Below are positions 8,610 through 18,572 of a DNA stretch of 48,242 nt, in pieces; the first letter of the stretch is position 1, and every line of letters begins with the position of its first letter. The notes beneath the pieces were generated by a model. The model had not been told where the DNA came from and searched no databases. It saw nothing but the letters and a program-made list of their open reading frames with translations. The DNA is from Parcubacteria bacterium DG_74_3. Its GTDB lineage: Bacteria; Patescibacteriota; Minisyncoccia; Minisyncoccales; DG-74-3. The translations under genes were made by a program, and so were the position numbers. The stretch covers positions 1-48,242 of the forward strand of contig LJNG01000005.1 in NCBI GenBank assembly GCA_001302985.1. The letters run 5' to 3'.

Positions 8610-9638
8610 ATGGCAAGAATTAATCTGAAAAGGCTTAAAAATAAAGCCAAAAAAGAGATAGTAAAAACTCAAAATTTAAAAGAATTGGATAAACTTTTTA
8701 AGAAATATTCGGGAAAGCGAGGAGAACTGACCTCGATTTTAAGGTCTTTAAAAGAAATGCCCAAAACAAAGAGATTGAAGGTTGGTAGACAAGCCAATGA
8801 ATTAAAAGAATTTTTAATAGCCCAATTTGATAAAAGAGCCAAATTTCTTAAAGATAAAAGCGAAAAAGAAAGCAAAAAGAAAGAGTGGATAGATGTTACC
8901 CTGCCTGGAGAAAAAATTCTCCTGGGGCATTTGCATCCCTTAACCCAGACCAGAAGAAAAGTTGAAGAAATTTTCCAATCTTTAGGATTTTCCGTTATTG
9001 AAGGACCGGAAATTGAAAATGAGTGGTATAATTTTGACACTCTGAACATTCCCAAAGACCATCCAGCCAGAGATTTCTGGGACACTCTTTATCTGAAAGG
9101 AGGAGGTTTGCTTAGAACCCACACCTCTCCTGTCCAGGTGCGATTTTTAGAGAAAAATAAACCTCCTCTAAGAATTATTGTTCCTGGTAGAGTTTTCAGA
9201 CATGAGGCTACAGATGCCAGCCACGAAATTAATTTTTATCAAGTGGAAGGATTAATGGTTGATGATAAAGGCAAAATAAGTATTGCTCATTTTAAAGCAA
9301 TTATCGAAGAATTTTTTAGAAGATTTTTTGGAAAAAGAGTTAAGATTCGTCTGAGACCGAGCTTTTTTCCATTTACCGAACCTTCTTTTGAGGTGGATGT
9401 ATCTTGTCCAATCTGTGGTGGAAAGGGTTGCTCTGCTTGTAAAAACTCAAGCTGGATTGAAATTATGGGAGCCGGAATGGTTCACCCCAATGTTTTTAAA
9501 AATTCAGGCTTAAATCCCAAAGACTGGCAGGGTTTTGCCTTTGGAATGGGTATGGATAGACTGGCGATGGTGAAGTATAAAATTAATGATATCAGACTTT
9601 TTTATTCAGGAGACCTGAGGTTTTTAAAACAATTTTAA
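8610..9638 (+). CDS. pheS: Phenylalanyl-tRNA synthetase alpha subunit
   Basis: 342 aa with HPLTQT, RTHTSPVQ, FRHEATDASH and GFAFGMGMDRLAM motifs. Confidence 0.92.
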   Translation: MARINLKRLKNKAKKEIVKTQNLKELDKLFKKYSGKRGELTSILRSLKEMPKTKRLKVGRQANELKEFLIAQFDKRAKFLKDKSEKESKKKEWIDVTLPGEKILLGHLHPLTQTRRKVEEIFQSLGFSVIEGPEIENEWYNFDTLNIPKDHPARDFWDTLYLKGGGLLRTHTSPVQVRFLEKNKPPLRIIVPGRVFRHEATDASHEINFYQVEGLMVDDKGKISIAHFKAIIEEFFRRFFGKRVKIRLRPSFFPFTEPSFEVDVSCPICGGKGCSACKNSSWIEIMGAGMVHPNVFKNSGLNPKDWQGFAFGMGMDRLAMVKYKINDIRLFYSGDLRFLKQF

Positions 9639-9650
9639 AAAACAAAATAA

Positions 9651-11687
9651 ATGAAATTTTCCTATAATTGGCTAAAAGAATATTTGAAAGGAAAAGTGCC
9701 CAAACCCCAAAAGTTAGCCGAGCTTTTAACTCTCCACAGCTTTGAGGTTGAAGAGGTTGAAAAAATTGGTTCAGATTTTTCATTAGATATCGCTGTTTTA
9801 CCTAACAGAGGACCTGATTGTTTGTCCCACGTTGGCATAGCCAGAGATATAGCTGTCATAACCGGTATTAAATTTCAGTTTCCTACTTTTAAAATTCAAG
9901 AAAAAAAGGATGTTGATGCAAAAAACTTTCTCTCTCTTGAGATTAGAGATAAAAATGATTGCCCTCGATACACGGCCAGAATTGTCACCGACCTTAAAAT
10001 AGCTTCTTCTCCCAAATGGATGCAAAAAAGATTGAGGCTTTTGGGCTTGAGACCGATTAATAATATCGTTGATATTGCCAATTATGTGATGCTGGAAACA
10101 GGGCAACCCTTACATGCATTTGATGCAGATAAAATTACCAATAATAAAATTATTGTCAGGAGAGCCAAAAAGGGAGAAAAAATAATCACCTTAGATAATG
10201 AAAAATATACCCTGGATAGAAAAGTTTTACTTATTGCCGACCCTCAAAAACCCCTAGGAATTGCTGGAATCAAAGGGGGCAAGGGAAGTGAAGTGACTAC
10301 AAAGACAAAGACCATTGTGCTGGAGTCTGCTAATTTTAACCCCAAAGTTATCCGTCGAGGTTCTCAAAAGATTAATTTAAAGACCGATGCTTCTTGGCGG
10401 TTTGAACACGGAATAGACGCCAATTTAACCGAAATAGCCGTCAATCGAGCCGTAGCTTTAATGCAACAAATCGCTGAAGGAAAAGTAATGAAGGGAATGG
10501 TTGATTTTTATCCTCAAAAAGTCAAACCCAGAAGAGTCAGACTAAATTTAATTTATCTAACTCAGCTTTTAGGGAGCAAGGTGGATATCAAAGAAGTCAA
10601 AAATATTTTAGCTAAATTAGAATTTAAAATTCTTCAATCTAAACCTCCAAACTTATTAGTAGAAGTACCAACCTTTAGATTGGATGTTAATCTTCCCGAA
10701 GACTTAATTGAAGAAATAGGAAGGATGGCTGGTCTCCAAAAAATCCCCTCAATTTTTCCCCAAACCGCTTTAATTCCACCTCAAAGAAATTTAGATATTT
10801 TCTGGGCAGACTTTATTAAAAACATTTTAAAGGAAGCAGGTTTCACCGAAGTGTATAACCCCTCTTTTATCAGCACAAAAGAAATTGAAATTTTAAATTA
10901 TAAAATTTCTAAATTAATAGAAATTGAAAATCCAACGAGTGCAGAATTTCAATTTTTGAGACCGAGTTTAATCCCTCTTCTTTTAAAAAATATCAGAGAA
11001 AACCAAAAATACTTTAAAGATGTTAGAATTTTTGAATTGGGAAAAATATTTAAACGGAGAAACAGAAAATATGAAGAAAAGAGAATGCTTACTGGAGTAA
11101 TGACAGGTCCCTCTTTTTACCAGGCAAAAGGAGCTATCGATGCAATTTGTAATAAATTAGGGATTAGTAATGTTTGGTATGACAGCTATGAAGCTACACC
11201 AGAAGAGTCTGAATTCTCTTTTTGGCATCCCAAAATTTGCGCCGAGATAAAAACCGACCACGAAGAAATTGGTTTTTTAGGCGAAATTTCTTCAAAAATC
11301 CTTGAGGGTTTCGAAATAAAAAATAAGTTGATAGTTTTTGATTTGGATTTCGAAAAATTAAAAACCTTAGCTTCAGAAGAGCACGAATATACGCCCATTT
11401 CTTCGTATCCGGCTGCAATTCGGGATATCTCGCTTTTAGTACCTCAGGAAACCAAAGTCATCGAAGTTTTGAATATAATCGATAATATAGGGGGGCATTT
11501 ATTAAGAGATATCGACCTCTTCGATGTTTATAAAGGAGAAGAAATCCCAGGAGGTACAAAGAATTTATCTTTTCACTTAATTTATCAAGCCCCAGATCGC
11601 ACCCTTACTTCAAGAGAAATAGATAAAATTCAACAAAAAATAATTAAGGTTCTGGAGAAAAATCCAGACTGGCAAGTGAGAATTTAA
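9651..11687 (+). CDS. pheT: Phenylalanyl-tRNA synthetase beta subunit, short form lacking the OB-fold B2 domain
   Basis: MKFSYNWLKEYL start with B3/4, B5 and FDX-ACB-like regions present. At 678 aa it goes straight from about residue 40 to ..LDIAVLPNRGPDCLSHVGIARD.. Confidence 0.88.
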   Translation: MKFSYNWLKEYLKGKVPKPQKLAELLTLHSFEVEEVEKIGSDFSLDIAVLPNRGPDCLSHVGIARDIAVITGIKFQFPTFKIQEKKDVDAKNFLSLEIRDKNDCPRYTARIVTDLKIASSPKWMQKRLRLLGLRPINNIVDIANYVMLETGQPLHAFDADKITNNKIIVRRAKKGEKIITLDNEKYTLDRKVLLIADPQKPLGIAGIKGGKGSEVTTKTKTIVLESANFNPKVIRRGSQKINLKTDASWRFEHGIDANLTEIAVNRAVALMQQIAEGKVMKGMVDFYPQKVKPRRVRLNLIYLTQLLGSKVDIKEVKNILAKLEFKILQSKPPNLLVEVPTFRLDVNLPEDLIEEIGRMAGLQKIPSIFPQTALIPPQRNLDIFWADFIKNILKEAGFTEVYNPSFISTKEIEILNYKISKLIEIENPTSAEFQFLRPSLIPLLLKNIRENQKYFKDVRIFELGKIFKRRNRKYEEKRMLTGVMTGPSFYQAKGAIDAICNKLGISNVWYDSYEATPEESEFSFWHPKICAEIKTDHEEIGFLGEISSKILEGFEIKNKLIVFDLDFEKLKTLASEEHEYTPISSYPAAIRDISLLVPQETKVIEVLNIIDNIGGHLLRDIDLFDVYKGEEIPGGTKNLSFHLIYQAPDRTLTSREIDKIQQKIIKVLEKNPDWQVRI

Positions 11688-11688
11688 C

Positions 11689-13671
11689 ATGGTTCGTAAA
11701 CAAAAGCCGAAAATTGAAAAACCGAAAGTCAAACAATCCATTAGGAAAAAACAAAGAAAACCAGACTCAAGTTACGGAGCCAAAGACATTTATGTTTTAA
11801 AAGGATTGGAGCCCGTGCGTAAGAGACCGGCCATGTATATTGGAACTACCGGACCCAGTGGACTGCACCACTTAATATTTGAAACGGTAGATAATAGCAT
11901 AGATGAAGCAATGGCGGGTTTCTGTGACGAAATCAAAGTCTCTATTTTACCAGAAAACAGAATTGAGGTGGTGGATAATGGACGAGGAATTCCCGTAGAA
12001 ACTCATCCTCAGACAAAAAAATCAGCCCTAGAAACGGTGATGACCACCTTACATGCCGGAGCAAAGTTTGGAGGAAAGGTTTATCAGGTGTCTGGCGGAT
12101 TGCACGGAGTAGGAATATCAGTAGTCTGCGCTCTCTCCAGATATATGAGAGTTGAGGTTTGCAGAAACGGAAATAGGTATGCCCAAGAATATTCTCAAGG
12201 TAGGGTAAAGACGAAAGTAAAAAAGGTTGGTACTTGTTCAGTAACCGGAACTACCGTTATTTTTGAGCCCGACTCTCGAATTTTCCCGGAAATCAAATTT
12301 GAATTTGACCTAATTTTAAAGCATTTACGACAACAGGCCTACTTAACCAAGGGAGTTAAATTTATTATTACAGATTTGAGGGCAAAAGAAGAGAAGAGAT
12401 ACGCCTTTTATTTTGATGGCGGAATTGTCTCTTATGTTAAACATTTGGTTCGGGGAAGACCAATGCGTCATCCAAATATTTTTTATGGTTTTGGAGAAAG
12501 AAATGGCGTTGCGGTTGAGACAGCCCTGTGCTATACAAAAGAATACGAATCTTATGAAGAAACTTTTGCTAACAATATTCATACCTCAGAAGGAGGAACT
12601 CACCTGACCGGTTTTAGGTCTGCCCTAACCAGAACCCTCAATGATTATTCTAGAAAAAAGGGACTCTTGAAAGAAAGTGAGGAAAATTTATCGGGTCAGG
12701 ATGTTAGAGAAGGATTAACCTCGGTGATATCGGTGAAAACAAGAGAACCCCAGTTTGAGGGTCAGACCAAAACAAAGTTGGGTAATCCTGAGGCTAGATT
12801 AGCTGTTGAATCACTATTTTCTGAGACATTTACCGACTTTCTAGAAAGAAGTCCTCAGGACGCAAAAGCAATTATTGAAAATTGTATTCTTTCTCAAAAA
12901 GCAAGAAGGGCAGCCAAAGCAGCCAAAGAAACCGTATTGAGAAAGGGAATTTTAGACGGTCTAACCCTGCCCGGGAAATTAGCAGATTGTGCCTCTAGAA
13001 AACCTGAAGAATCAGAACTTTATATTGTTGAGGGTGAATCAGCAGGGGGCAGCGGGAAGCAAGCCAGGGATAGACGCTTTCAGGCCATCTTGCCCCTCAG
13101 AGGCAAAATCTTAAATGTTGAAAGAACTCGCTTAGATAGAGTTTTGGCTTCAAACGAAATCAAATCTTTAATTATTGCTATGGGAACGGCTATAGCCGAA
13201 GATTTTGATATTAATAAGACCAGATACCATCGGATAATAATAATGACAGACAGCGATGTTGATGGCCAACACATTAGAACATTACTTTTAACTCTTTTTT
13301 ACCGCTATTTCAGACCATTGATAAATAAAGGATTCCTGTATATTGCCCAACCCCCTCTTTATCGAATTCAAGTTGGTAAAAAAATTGAATATGCCTACGC
13401 CGAGGAAGAAAAAGAAAAAGTTTTAAAATCAATCCAGAAAGGAAAATTAGGAACCGTGAGTATCCAGCGCTATAAAGGTCTTGGTGAAATGAATCCTGAG
13501 CAGCTTTGGGAGACAACCATGAATCCCGAAAATCGGGTTTTGCTGCAGGTTACCATTGAATCTGCCTATCAGGCAGATAAGGTTTTTGATACTTTGATGG
13601 GCAAAGAGGTTTTTCCCCGCAAGAAATTCATTCAGATCCATGCTAAAAAGGTTAAAAATTTGGATATATAA
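11689..13671 (+). CDS. gyrB: DNA gyrase subunit B
   Basis: 660 aa with GLEPVRKRPAMYIG, GGLHGVG, EGESAGGS and IMTDSDVDGQHI motifs. Confidence 0.92.
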   Translation: MVRKQKPKIEKPKVKQSIRKKQRKPDSSYGAKDIYVLKGLEPVRKRPAMYIGTTGPSGLHHLIFETVDNSIDEAMAGFCDEIKVSILPENRIEVVDNGRGIPVETHPQTKKSALETVMTTLHAGAKFGGKVYQVSGGLHGVGISVVCALSRYMRVEVCRNGNRYAQEYSQGRVKTKVKKVGTCSVTGTTVIFEPDSRIFPEIKFEFDLILKHLRQQAYLTKGVKFIITDLRAKEEKRYAFYFDGGIVSYVKHLVRGRPMRHPNIFYGFGERNGVAVETALCYTKEYESYEETFANNIHTSEGGTHLTGFRSALTRTLNDYSRKKGLLKESEENLSGQDVREGLTSVISVKTREPQFEGQTKTKLGNPEARLAVESLFSETFTDFLERSPQDAKAIIENCILSQKARRAAKAAKETVLRKGILDGLTLPGKLADCASRKPEESELYIVEGESAGGSGKQARDRRFQAILPLRGKILNVERTRLDRVLASNEIKSLIIAMGTAIAEDFDINKTRYHRIIIMTDSDVDGQHIRTLLLTLFYRYFRPLINKGFLYIAQPPLYRIQVGKKIEYAYAEEEKEKVLKSIQKGKLGTVSIQRYKGLGEMNPEQLWETTMNPENRVLLQVTIESAYQADKVFDTLMGKEVFPRKKFIQIHAKKVKNLDI

Positions 13672-13754
13672 TTTTTTTCACGTTTACCCCGTTGAATTTC
13701 GAAGAAATTTTTGCGGGGCTAAAAAAGTTAAGAACTTAAACATCTAAAACTTTT

Positions 13755-13961
13755 ATGGCATTTCAGATTAGAAAATTTTTTAATAAAATTATAAACTTTT
13801 TTAAAGAGGTTCGGTTGGAAATGAAAAAGGTAAACTGGCCGACTCGAAAAGAAACTATAAGATATACCCTTATTGTTATTGCTGTTTTGACGATTGTGGC
13901 TCTTTTTTTAGGAACTATTGACTTTATCTTTACAAGATTTTTAGATAAATTTATATTATAG
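13755..13961 (+). CDS. secE: Preprotein translocase subunit SecE
   Basis: 68 aa, ..FFKEVRLEMKKVNWPTRKE.. followed by a single TM, located upstream of nusG. Confidence 0.85.
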   Translation: MAFQIRKFFNKIINFFKEVRLEMKKVNWPTRKETIRYTLIVIAVLTIVALFLGTIDFIFTRFLDKFIL

Positions 13962-13980
13962 GGATAGCCGAGTTAGCACT

Positions 13981-14526
13981 ATGCCAAAGCAACAGGTTAC
14001 CCAAGTTAAAGATTGGTATGTTTTGCACACCTACTCTGGTTACGAAGAAGCAGTAGCGAAAAATCTAAAACAAAGGATTGAGAGTTTGGGTATGGAAGAT
14101 AAAATTTTTAATGTTATAGTACCTAAAGAAAAAAAGATTAAAATCAAAAGCGGAAAGAGAAAAATAGTAGAAGAAAAAATTTACCCGGGTTATGTTTTGG
14201 TGGAAATGATTGTAACTGATGATTCTTGGTATGTTGTTAGAAACACCCCAAATGTTACTGGCTTTGTTGGGGCGGGTACCACTCCTGTGCCGATTTCCAA
14301 AGAAGAAATTGATAATTTAATGAAAAGAATAGGAGTAAAAGAGCCCAAATATAAAATTGAAGTTAAAACAGGAGATTCGATCAAGGTAATTGACGGTCCT
14401 TTCAAAGATTTTGATGGCAAGGTCTCTGAAATTGATACAGAAAGGGGCAAGGTTAAAGTTTTGATTAATATGTTTGGTAGAGATACACCGGTTGAATTGG
14501 ATTCCCTCCAAATTAAAAAACTATAA
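13981..14526 (+). CDS. nusG: Transcription termination/antitermination factor NusG
   Basis: 181 aa, [12 protein letters not shown].. NGN domain plus a C-terminal KOW ([18 protein letters not shown]). Confidence 0.92.
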   Translation: MPKQQVTQVKDWYVLHTYSGYEEAVAKNLKQRIESLGMEDKIFNVIVPKEKKIKIKSGKRKIVEEKIYPGYVLVEMIVTDDSWYVVRNTPNVTGFVGAGTTPVPISKEEIDNLMKRIGVKEPKYKIEVKTGDSIKVIDGPFKDFDGKVSEIDTERGKVKVLINMFGRDTPVELDSLQIKKL

Positions 14527-14951
14527 TGTCAAAGAAAATAAAAAAAATTGTAAAACTTCAAGCACCAGCAGGTCAAGCTACTCCTGCCCCTCCGGTAGGA
14601 CCTGCTTTGGCTCCCTACGGATTAAACATTTCAGAGTTTTGTCAAAAATTTAATGAAGCCACCAAAGGAATGGAGGGTTTTACCATTCCCGCAGAAATTA
14701 GGATTTTTGAAGATAACACTTATGACTTTACATTAAAACAACCTCCCACCTCTGAACTTTTAAAAAAAGTAGCTGGCATTGAAAGGGGGTCGGGTGATCA
14801 AAAGAAAACTAAAGTTGGCAAGATAAATCGAGCTCAGCTTCGAGAAATTGCTGAGAGAAAAATGCCAGACCTAAATGCAACCAACATAGAAGCTGCTATG
14901 AAAATCATTGAGGGAACAGCAAAAGCCATGGGTCTGGAAATTGAAAAATAA
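14526..14951 (+). CDS. rplK: Ribosomal protein L11
   Basis: 141 aa, ..[26 protein letters not shown].. Confidence 0.93.
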   Translation: MSKKIKKIVKLQAPAGQATPAPPVGPALAPYGLNISEFCQKFNEATKGMEGFTIPAEIRIFEDNTYDFTLKQPPTSELLKKVAGIERGSGDQKKTKVGKINRAQLREIAERKMPDLNATNIEAAMKIIEGTAKAMGLEIEK

Positions 14952-14986
14952 TCAATAACAATCAATAACAACCAATAACAACCAAT
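14951..14986 (+). repeat. Tandem decamer repeat in the rplK-dcd spacer
   Basis: ATCAATAACA ATCAATAACA ACCAATAACA ACCAAT, running into the dcd ATG. No SD is visible. Confidence 0.8.
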
Positions 14987-15580
14987 ATGACGCTTTCAGA
15001 TAGAGATATAAAAAGATATATTAAAGAAGGTAAAATTAAGATAAAACCTAAACCAAATTTCAAAGAACAATTAGGACCTTGTTCTCTGGATTTGCACTTA
15101 GGAAATGTTTTTAAGGTTTTTAAACCATCCCAATATCCTTATTTGGACCCAAAAAGAGAAATTAATTTTGAGGAAATTATGGAGGAAATAAAAATCGATA
15201 ATGGCTCTCCCTTTATTTTACAACCTAAAGATTTTGTGCTTACCACTACCAAAGAAGAAGTTAGTTTAAGCGATAACTTGATGGCCAGACTGGATGGTAG
15301 AAGTTCTCTGGCCAGACTGGGAGTGATTATTCATGTAACCTCAGCCAGGTTTGACCCTGGTTGGACAGGAAGAGCGGTCTTGGAATTGGGAAATCTTGGA
15401 ACAATGCCAGTTGTCTTGTATGCTGGCGTAACCCGAATTTGTTCTTTGAGTTTTGAAATTCTTTCCAGTCCTGCTGATATACCGTATTGGAAAAAGAAAG
15501 GTCAGAAATATGCGGAAGCGAAATATCCACAAGCTAGTAAATTAAATATGGAATTAAAAAAACAAAAAAGTAAAGATTAA
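14987..15580 (+). CDS. dcd: dCTP deaminase family protein
   Basis: 197 aa, MTLSDRDIKRYI.., LDLHLGN, ARLDGRSSLARLGV, typical of Dcd. Confidence 0.85.
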   Translation: MTLSDRDIKRYIKEGKIKIKPKPNFKEQLGPCSLDLHLGNVFKVFKPSQYPYLDPKREINFEEIMEEIKIDNGSPFILQPKDFVLTTTKEEVSLSDNLMARLDGRSSLARLGVIIHVTSARFDPGWTGRAVLELGNLGTMPVVLYAGVTRICSLSFEILSSPADIPYWKKKGQKYAEAKYPQASKLNMELKKQKSKD

Positions 15581-15584
15581 ATTA

Positions 15585-17201
15585 ATGAAGCGTCTTTTAA
15601 CCTCTGATTTAAAAGTTCAATTTTTAGGGATCACTCCGCTGCTAAAAGATAAGGGCGGGGTTTTAAATCCTCAACACATTGTTTCTTTGTCAGCCCTTTT
15701 GACTTTTAAGGGAAAATCCATTAAAGACATTTTGAAAAAAATAAAAGAAACAGGAGAAAATTTAAACGTGAAAACAAGAAAGATTTTAGAACAATCTTCT
15801 TTAAAGGGCCATGCCTCGGTTGCAACCACTCCCAGCCTCTGTATAGCTTATGAGGGAAGCAAATTTTTAGACTCAGTCTTAACTGGTATTGTCTTCTCAT
15901 CTTCAATAGTAAGTTCGGGAAGAAGAACCACAACTGCCGAGAAAGATATCGTTTACCCCAATGGAATTATTAAGAATAAAAAAGCAAGAAAAATTTATGA
16001 GAATATTTCAAAAAGACTTATCAAAAGTTATAATTTTTTTCTCTCCCAAGGAATTCCAAAAGACGAAACAAGCAAAATTTTACAATACGGAATTTATGGA
16101 ACGGGAATAATTCAATTGCCAATTGAGTCAATAGTTTTATTAAAAAGGGAATATTTAATTGAAAAAGAATGGATGCCACAGGAGCTTGAAATTCTCTTAA
16201 AAAAAATTGAGAAAAAATTAAAGAAATTAGGAGTGGATTTACTTTATACTACCAGAGTCGTAGCGCCAAGAAATATCTATCCTTATCCAAATATTTTCAA
16301 AAATCCCAAAAAACAAAACCTGGTCAGAGAATTTTTGAAAAAAGAAAAATTATTAGAAGGGTCAAAATTAGTTTCGTTAGAAATTTTAGAGGCAAATCTG
16401 GTTTTAAAGAGAAAATTAATTGAGTTAAATAAGAAAAGAAAAAGAATTTTTTCTTCTTTTAGTAAAATTAAAAAGGAATGGCCCAATCTTTTATCACAAT
16501 ATCAAGAAATTTTAAGAGACTATAACTTAGTTCTAAAATTTCGATTTTTATCTTCTGTTCCCTGGCGAATCTGGGGAGAAAAAAAGAGACATAGAACTTG
16601 CCCCCAAGTCGTTGAGTCGATATACTATTGTATTGAAAGAACAATTAAAATATTTCATAAATTTAAAAATCAAATTGAAAAAAGAAAAATTAACAAAAAC
16701 ACAATAAAAAAAATTGAAAAATTTTTTTCAATCCCCCCCTCAATTAAAAAAAATCCCAAATTTTTATCAGAATATCTTTTAGTTGCTTTAAATTCTCTTG
16801 AAGGTTATCAAAAACTAATTAAATTAAAAATTAAACCAAGAGAAGCCATTTTTTTAATTCCCAGAGGACTAAAAATTGATATTTTACAAGAATATGATTT
16901 GTACAATCTTTTAACTGGCTATTATCCGTTAAGACTCTGCCAAACTTCTGAAGAAGAAATGAAAAGAAATACCTGGATAGAGGTTAAGCAAATTAAAAAA
17001 GCCCTTTCCCAGAAGAGATACGGCTGGTTAAATGAATTTATAATTCCAAAATGTCAAATAGTTGGTTTTTGCCCAGAGGAAAAAAGCTGTGGAATCATTA
17101 AAAGATTAATAAAAAACTATTCAGAAAATTTTCATCAAGAGATGAAAAAAGATTTAGAAAAAAAATTTGAAGAAAAATTTAAAAACCTGGGAAAAACATA
17201 A
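15585..17201 (+). CDS. thyX: Tandem-duplicated ThyX-like (flavin-dependent thymidylate synthase) protein
   Basis: 538 aa. The C-terminal half carries the ThyX signature RHRx7S (RHRTCPQVVES). The N-terminal half aligns to the ThyX core (KGHASV.., ..SSIVSSGRR) but has no RHR. Confidence 0.65.
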   Translation: MKRLLTSDLKVQFLGITPLLKDKGGVLNPQHIVSLSALLTFKGKSIKDILKKIKETGENLNVKTRKILEQSSLKGHASVATTPSLCIAYEGSKFLDSVLTGIVFSSSIVSSGRRTTTAEKDIVYPNGIIKNKKARKIYENISKRLIKSYNFFLSQGIPKDETSKILQYGIYGTGIIQLPIESIVLLKREYLIEKEWMPQELEILLKKIEKKLKKLGVDLLYTTRVVAPRNIYPYPNIFKNPKKQNLVREFLKKEKLLEGSKLVSLEILEANLVLKRKLIELNKKRKRIFSSFSKIKKEWPNLLSQYQEILRDYNLVLKFRFLSSVPWRIWGEKKRHRTCPQVVESIYYCIERTIKIFHKFKNQIEKRKINKNTIKKIEKFFSIPPSIKKNPKFLSEYLLVALNSLEGYQKLIKLKIKPREAIFLIPRGLKIDILQEYDLYNLLTGYYPLRLCQTSEEEMKRNTWIEVKQIKKALSQKRYGWLNEFIIPKCQIVGFCPEEKSCGIIKRLIKNYSENFHQEMKKDLEKKFEEKFKNLGKT

Positions 17202-17220
17202 AAGAACATTAAGAATAAAT

Positions 17221-18480
17221 ATGGAAAATTTAAAAAAAATAAAAGAAATCGTCAAAAAACAAAATCAATGGAGAAAAAAAGAATGCTTAAATATGATTGC
17301 TAGTGAAAACTTAGTTTCTCCCTTAGCAGAGAAGTTTTTAATTTCCGATTTTCAGGATAGGTACAATGAACATGGAGTTAAAAATGGAGATTTCATTACC
17401 CATTATCAAGGAGTAAAATACGCTGTTCAAATAGAAAAATTTTGTAATGAAATTTTTGGCAAAAGATTTAAAACAAAATTTGTTGATACGAGACCAATTG
17501 CTGGAGCCATCGCCAATTTATGTGTCTATCACGCTTTTTTAAAGCCAGGTGATTCATTTTTAGCTCCCGGATTAACCGTAGGGGCTCATGTTTCTTCCAC
17601 TCATTATGGAATAGCTGGAGTAAGAGGTTTAAAGAGTATTTCTATGCCCTTTGATCTAAAAAAAATGAGACTAAATATTGAAGGAACGATAAAGCTAATT
17701 AAAAAAAATAATCCCAAATTGATTATGTTCGGTAGATCGATGTTTTTGTTCCCTGAACCAATAAAAGAAATTAGAAAACATACCGATGCCATAATTATTT
17801 ATGACGCAGCTCATGTTTTCGGTTTAATCTACGGTGGTTTCTTCCAAAATCCTTTTAGAGAAGGAGCAGATATTATTACGACCTCTACCCACAAAACTTT
17901 CCCCGGTCCTCAAGGAGGGATGATAATCGCTCGGGGAGATTTTGATAAACAAAAGTGGCAAAAAATTGAAGATGCTGTTTTTCCAGGAGTAATATCTAAC
18001 CATCATATTTTTCGTTTGCCTTCTTTAGCCATTACGGCATTGGAAATGAATAAATTTGGTAAAAATTATGCCAGACAAGTCATAAAAAATGCAAAAGCCC
18101 TAGCTAAGACGCTTTTTGAATTTGGCTTTAAAGTTTTAGCCAAAGAAGAGGGTTTTACTCAATCTCATCAAGTAATTGTTGATGTGAAAAATTTAGGTGG
18201 GGGAAAACAAGTATCTGAAAAATTAGAAATGGTGAATATTATTGTAAATAAAATGGCCCTACCCTATGATACCGACAAAGACGCTACCCATAATCCTTCG
18301 GGAATAAGAATTGGAGTTCAAGAATTAACCAGAATTGGAATGAAAGAAAAAGAAATAAAAGAAATTGCCAAATTTTTTAAAGAATTACTTGTAGATAAAA
18401 AAAGTCCAGAAAAAATAAAGAAAAAAGTCACTGAATTTAAAAAAGAATTTCAAAGAATAAAATACTGTTTTAAGACATAA
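17221..18480 (+). CDS. glyA: Serine hydroxymethyltransferase
   Basis: ..LNMIASENLVSP.., TSTHKTFPGPQGG (PLP lysine). ATG 17221 is preferred over 17167, which overlaps the thyX end. Confidence 0.88.
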   Translation: MENLKKIKEIVKKQNQWRKKECLNMIASENLVSPLAEKFLISDFQDRYNEHGVKNGDFITHYQGVKYAVQIEKFCNEIFGKRFKTKFVDTRPIAGAIANLCVYHAFLKPGDSFLAPGLTVGAHVSSTHYGIAGVRGLKSISMPFDLKKMRLNIEGTIKLIKKNNPKLIMFGRSMFLFPEPIKEIRKHTDAIIIYDAAHVFGLIYGGFFQNPFREGADIITTSTHKTFPGPQGGMIIARGDFDKQKWQKIEDAVFPGVISNHHIFRLPSLAITALEMNKFGKNYARQVIKNAKALAKTLFEFGFKVLAKEEGFTQSHQVIVDVKNLGGGKQVSEKLEMVNIIVNKMALPYDTDKDATHNPSGIRIGVQELTRIGMKEKEIKEIAKFFKELLVDKKSPEKIKKKVTEFKKEFQRIKYCFKT

Positions 18481-18572
18481 TTTTTGAAATATTAACGAGC
18501 TGGCTAATATAAAACATTTTCTATTTTTATCGAAATTTATTGTAATTTAATAATTATTCTTTTAATTTAATA

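Noticed and set aside
13689-13726. Hairpin CCCCG..GAATTTC-gaa-GAAATTT..CGGGG after gyrB, considered as a terminator or secE leader.
   Set aside because: No U-tract follows on either strand, and I had no other supporting feature, so it was not called.
17167-17220. Longer glyA start at 17167 overlapping the thyX 3' end.
   Set aside because: The extra residues (MKKNLKTWEKHKRTLRIN) are not SHMT-like. ATG 17221 (MENLKKIKE..) lies after the thyX stop and matches the usual N-terminus distance to the ..ASEN.. motif.
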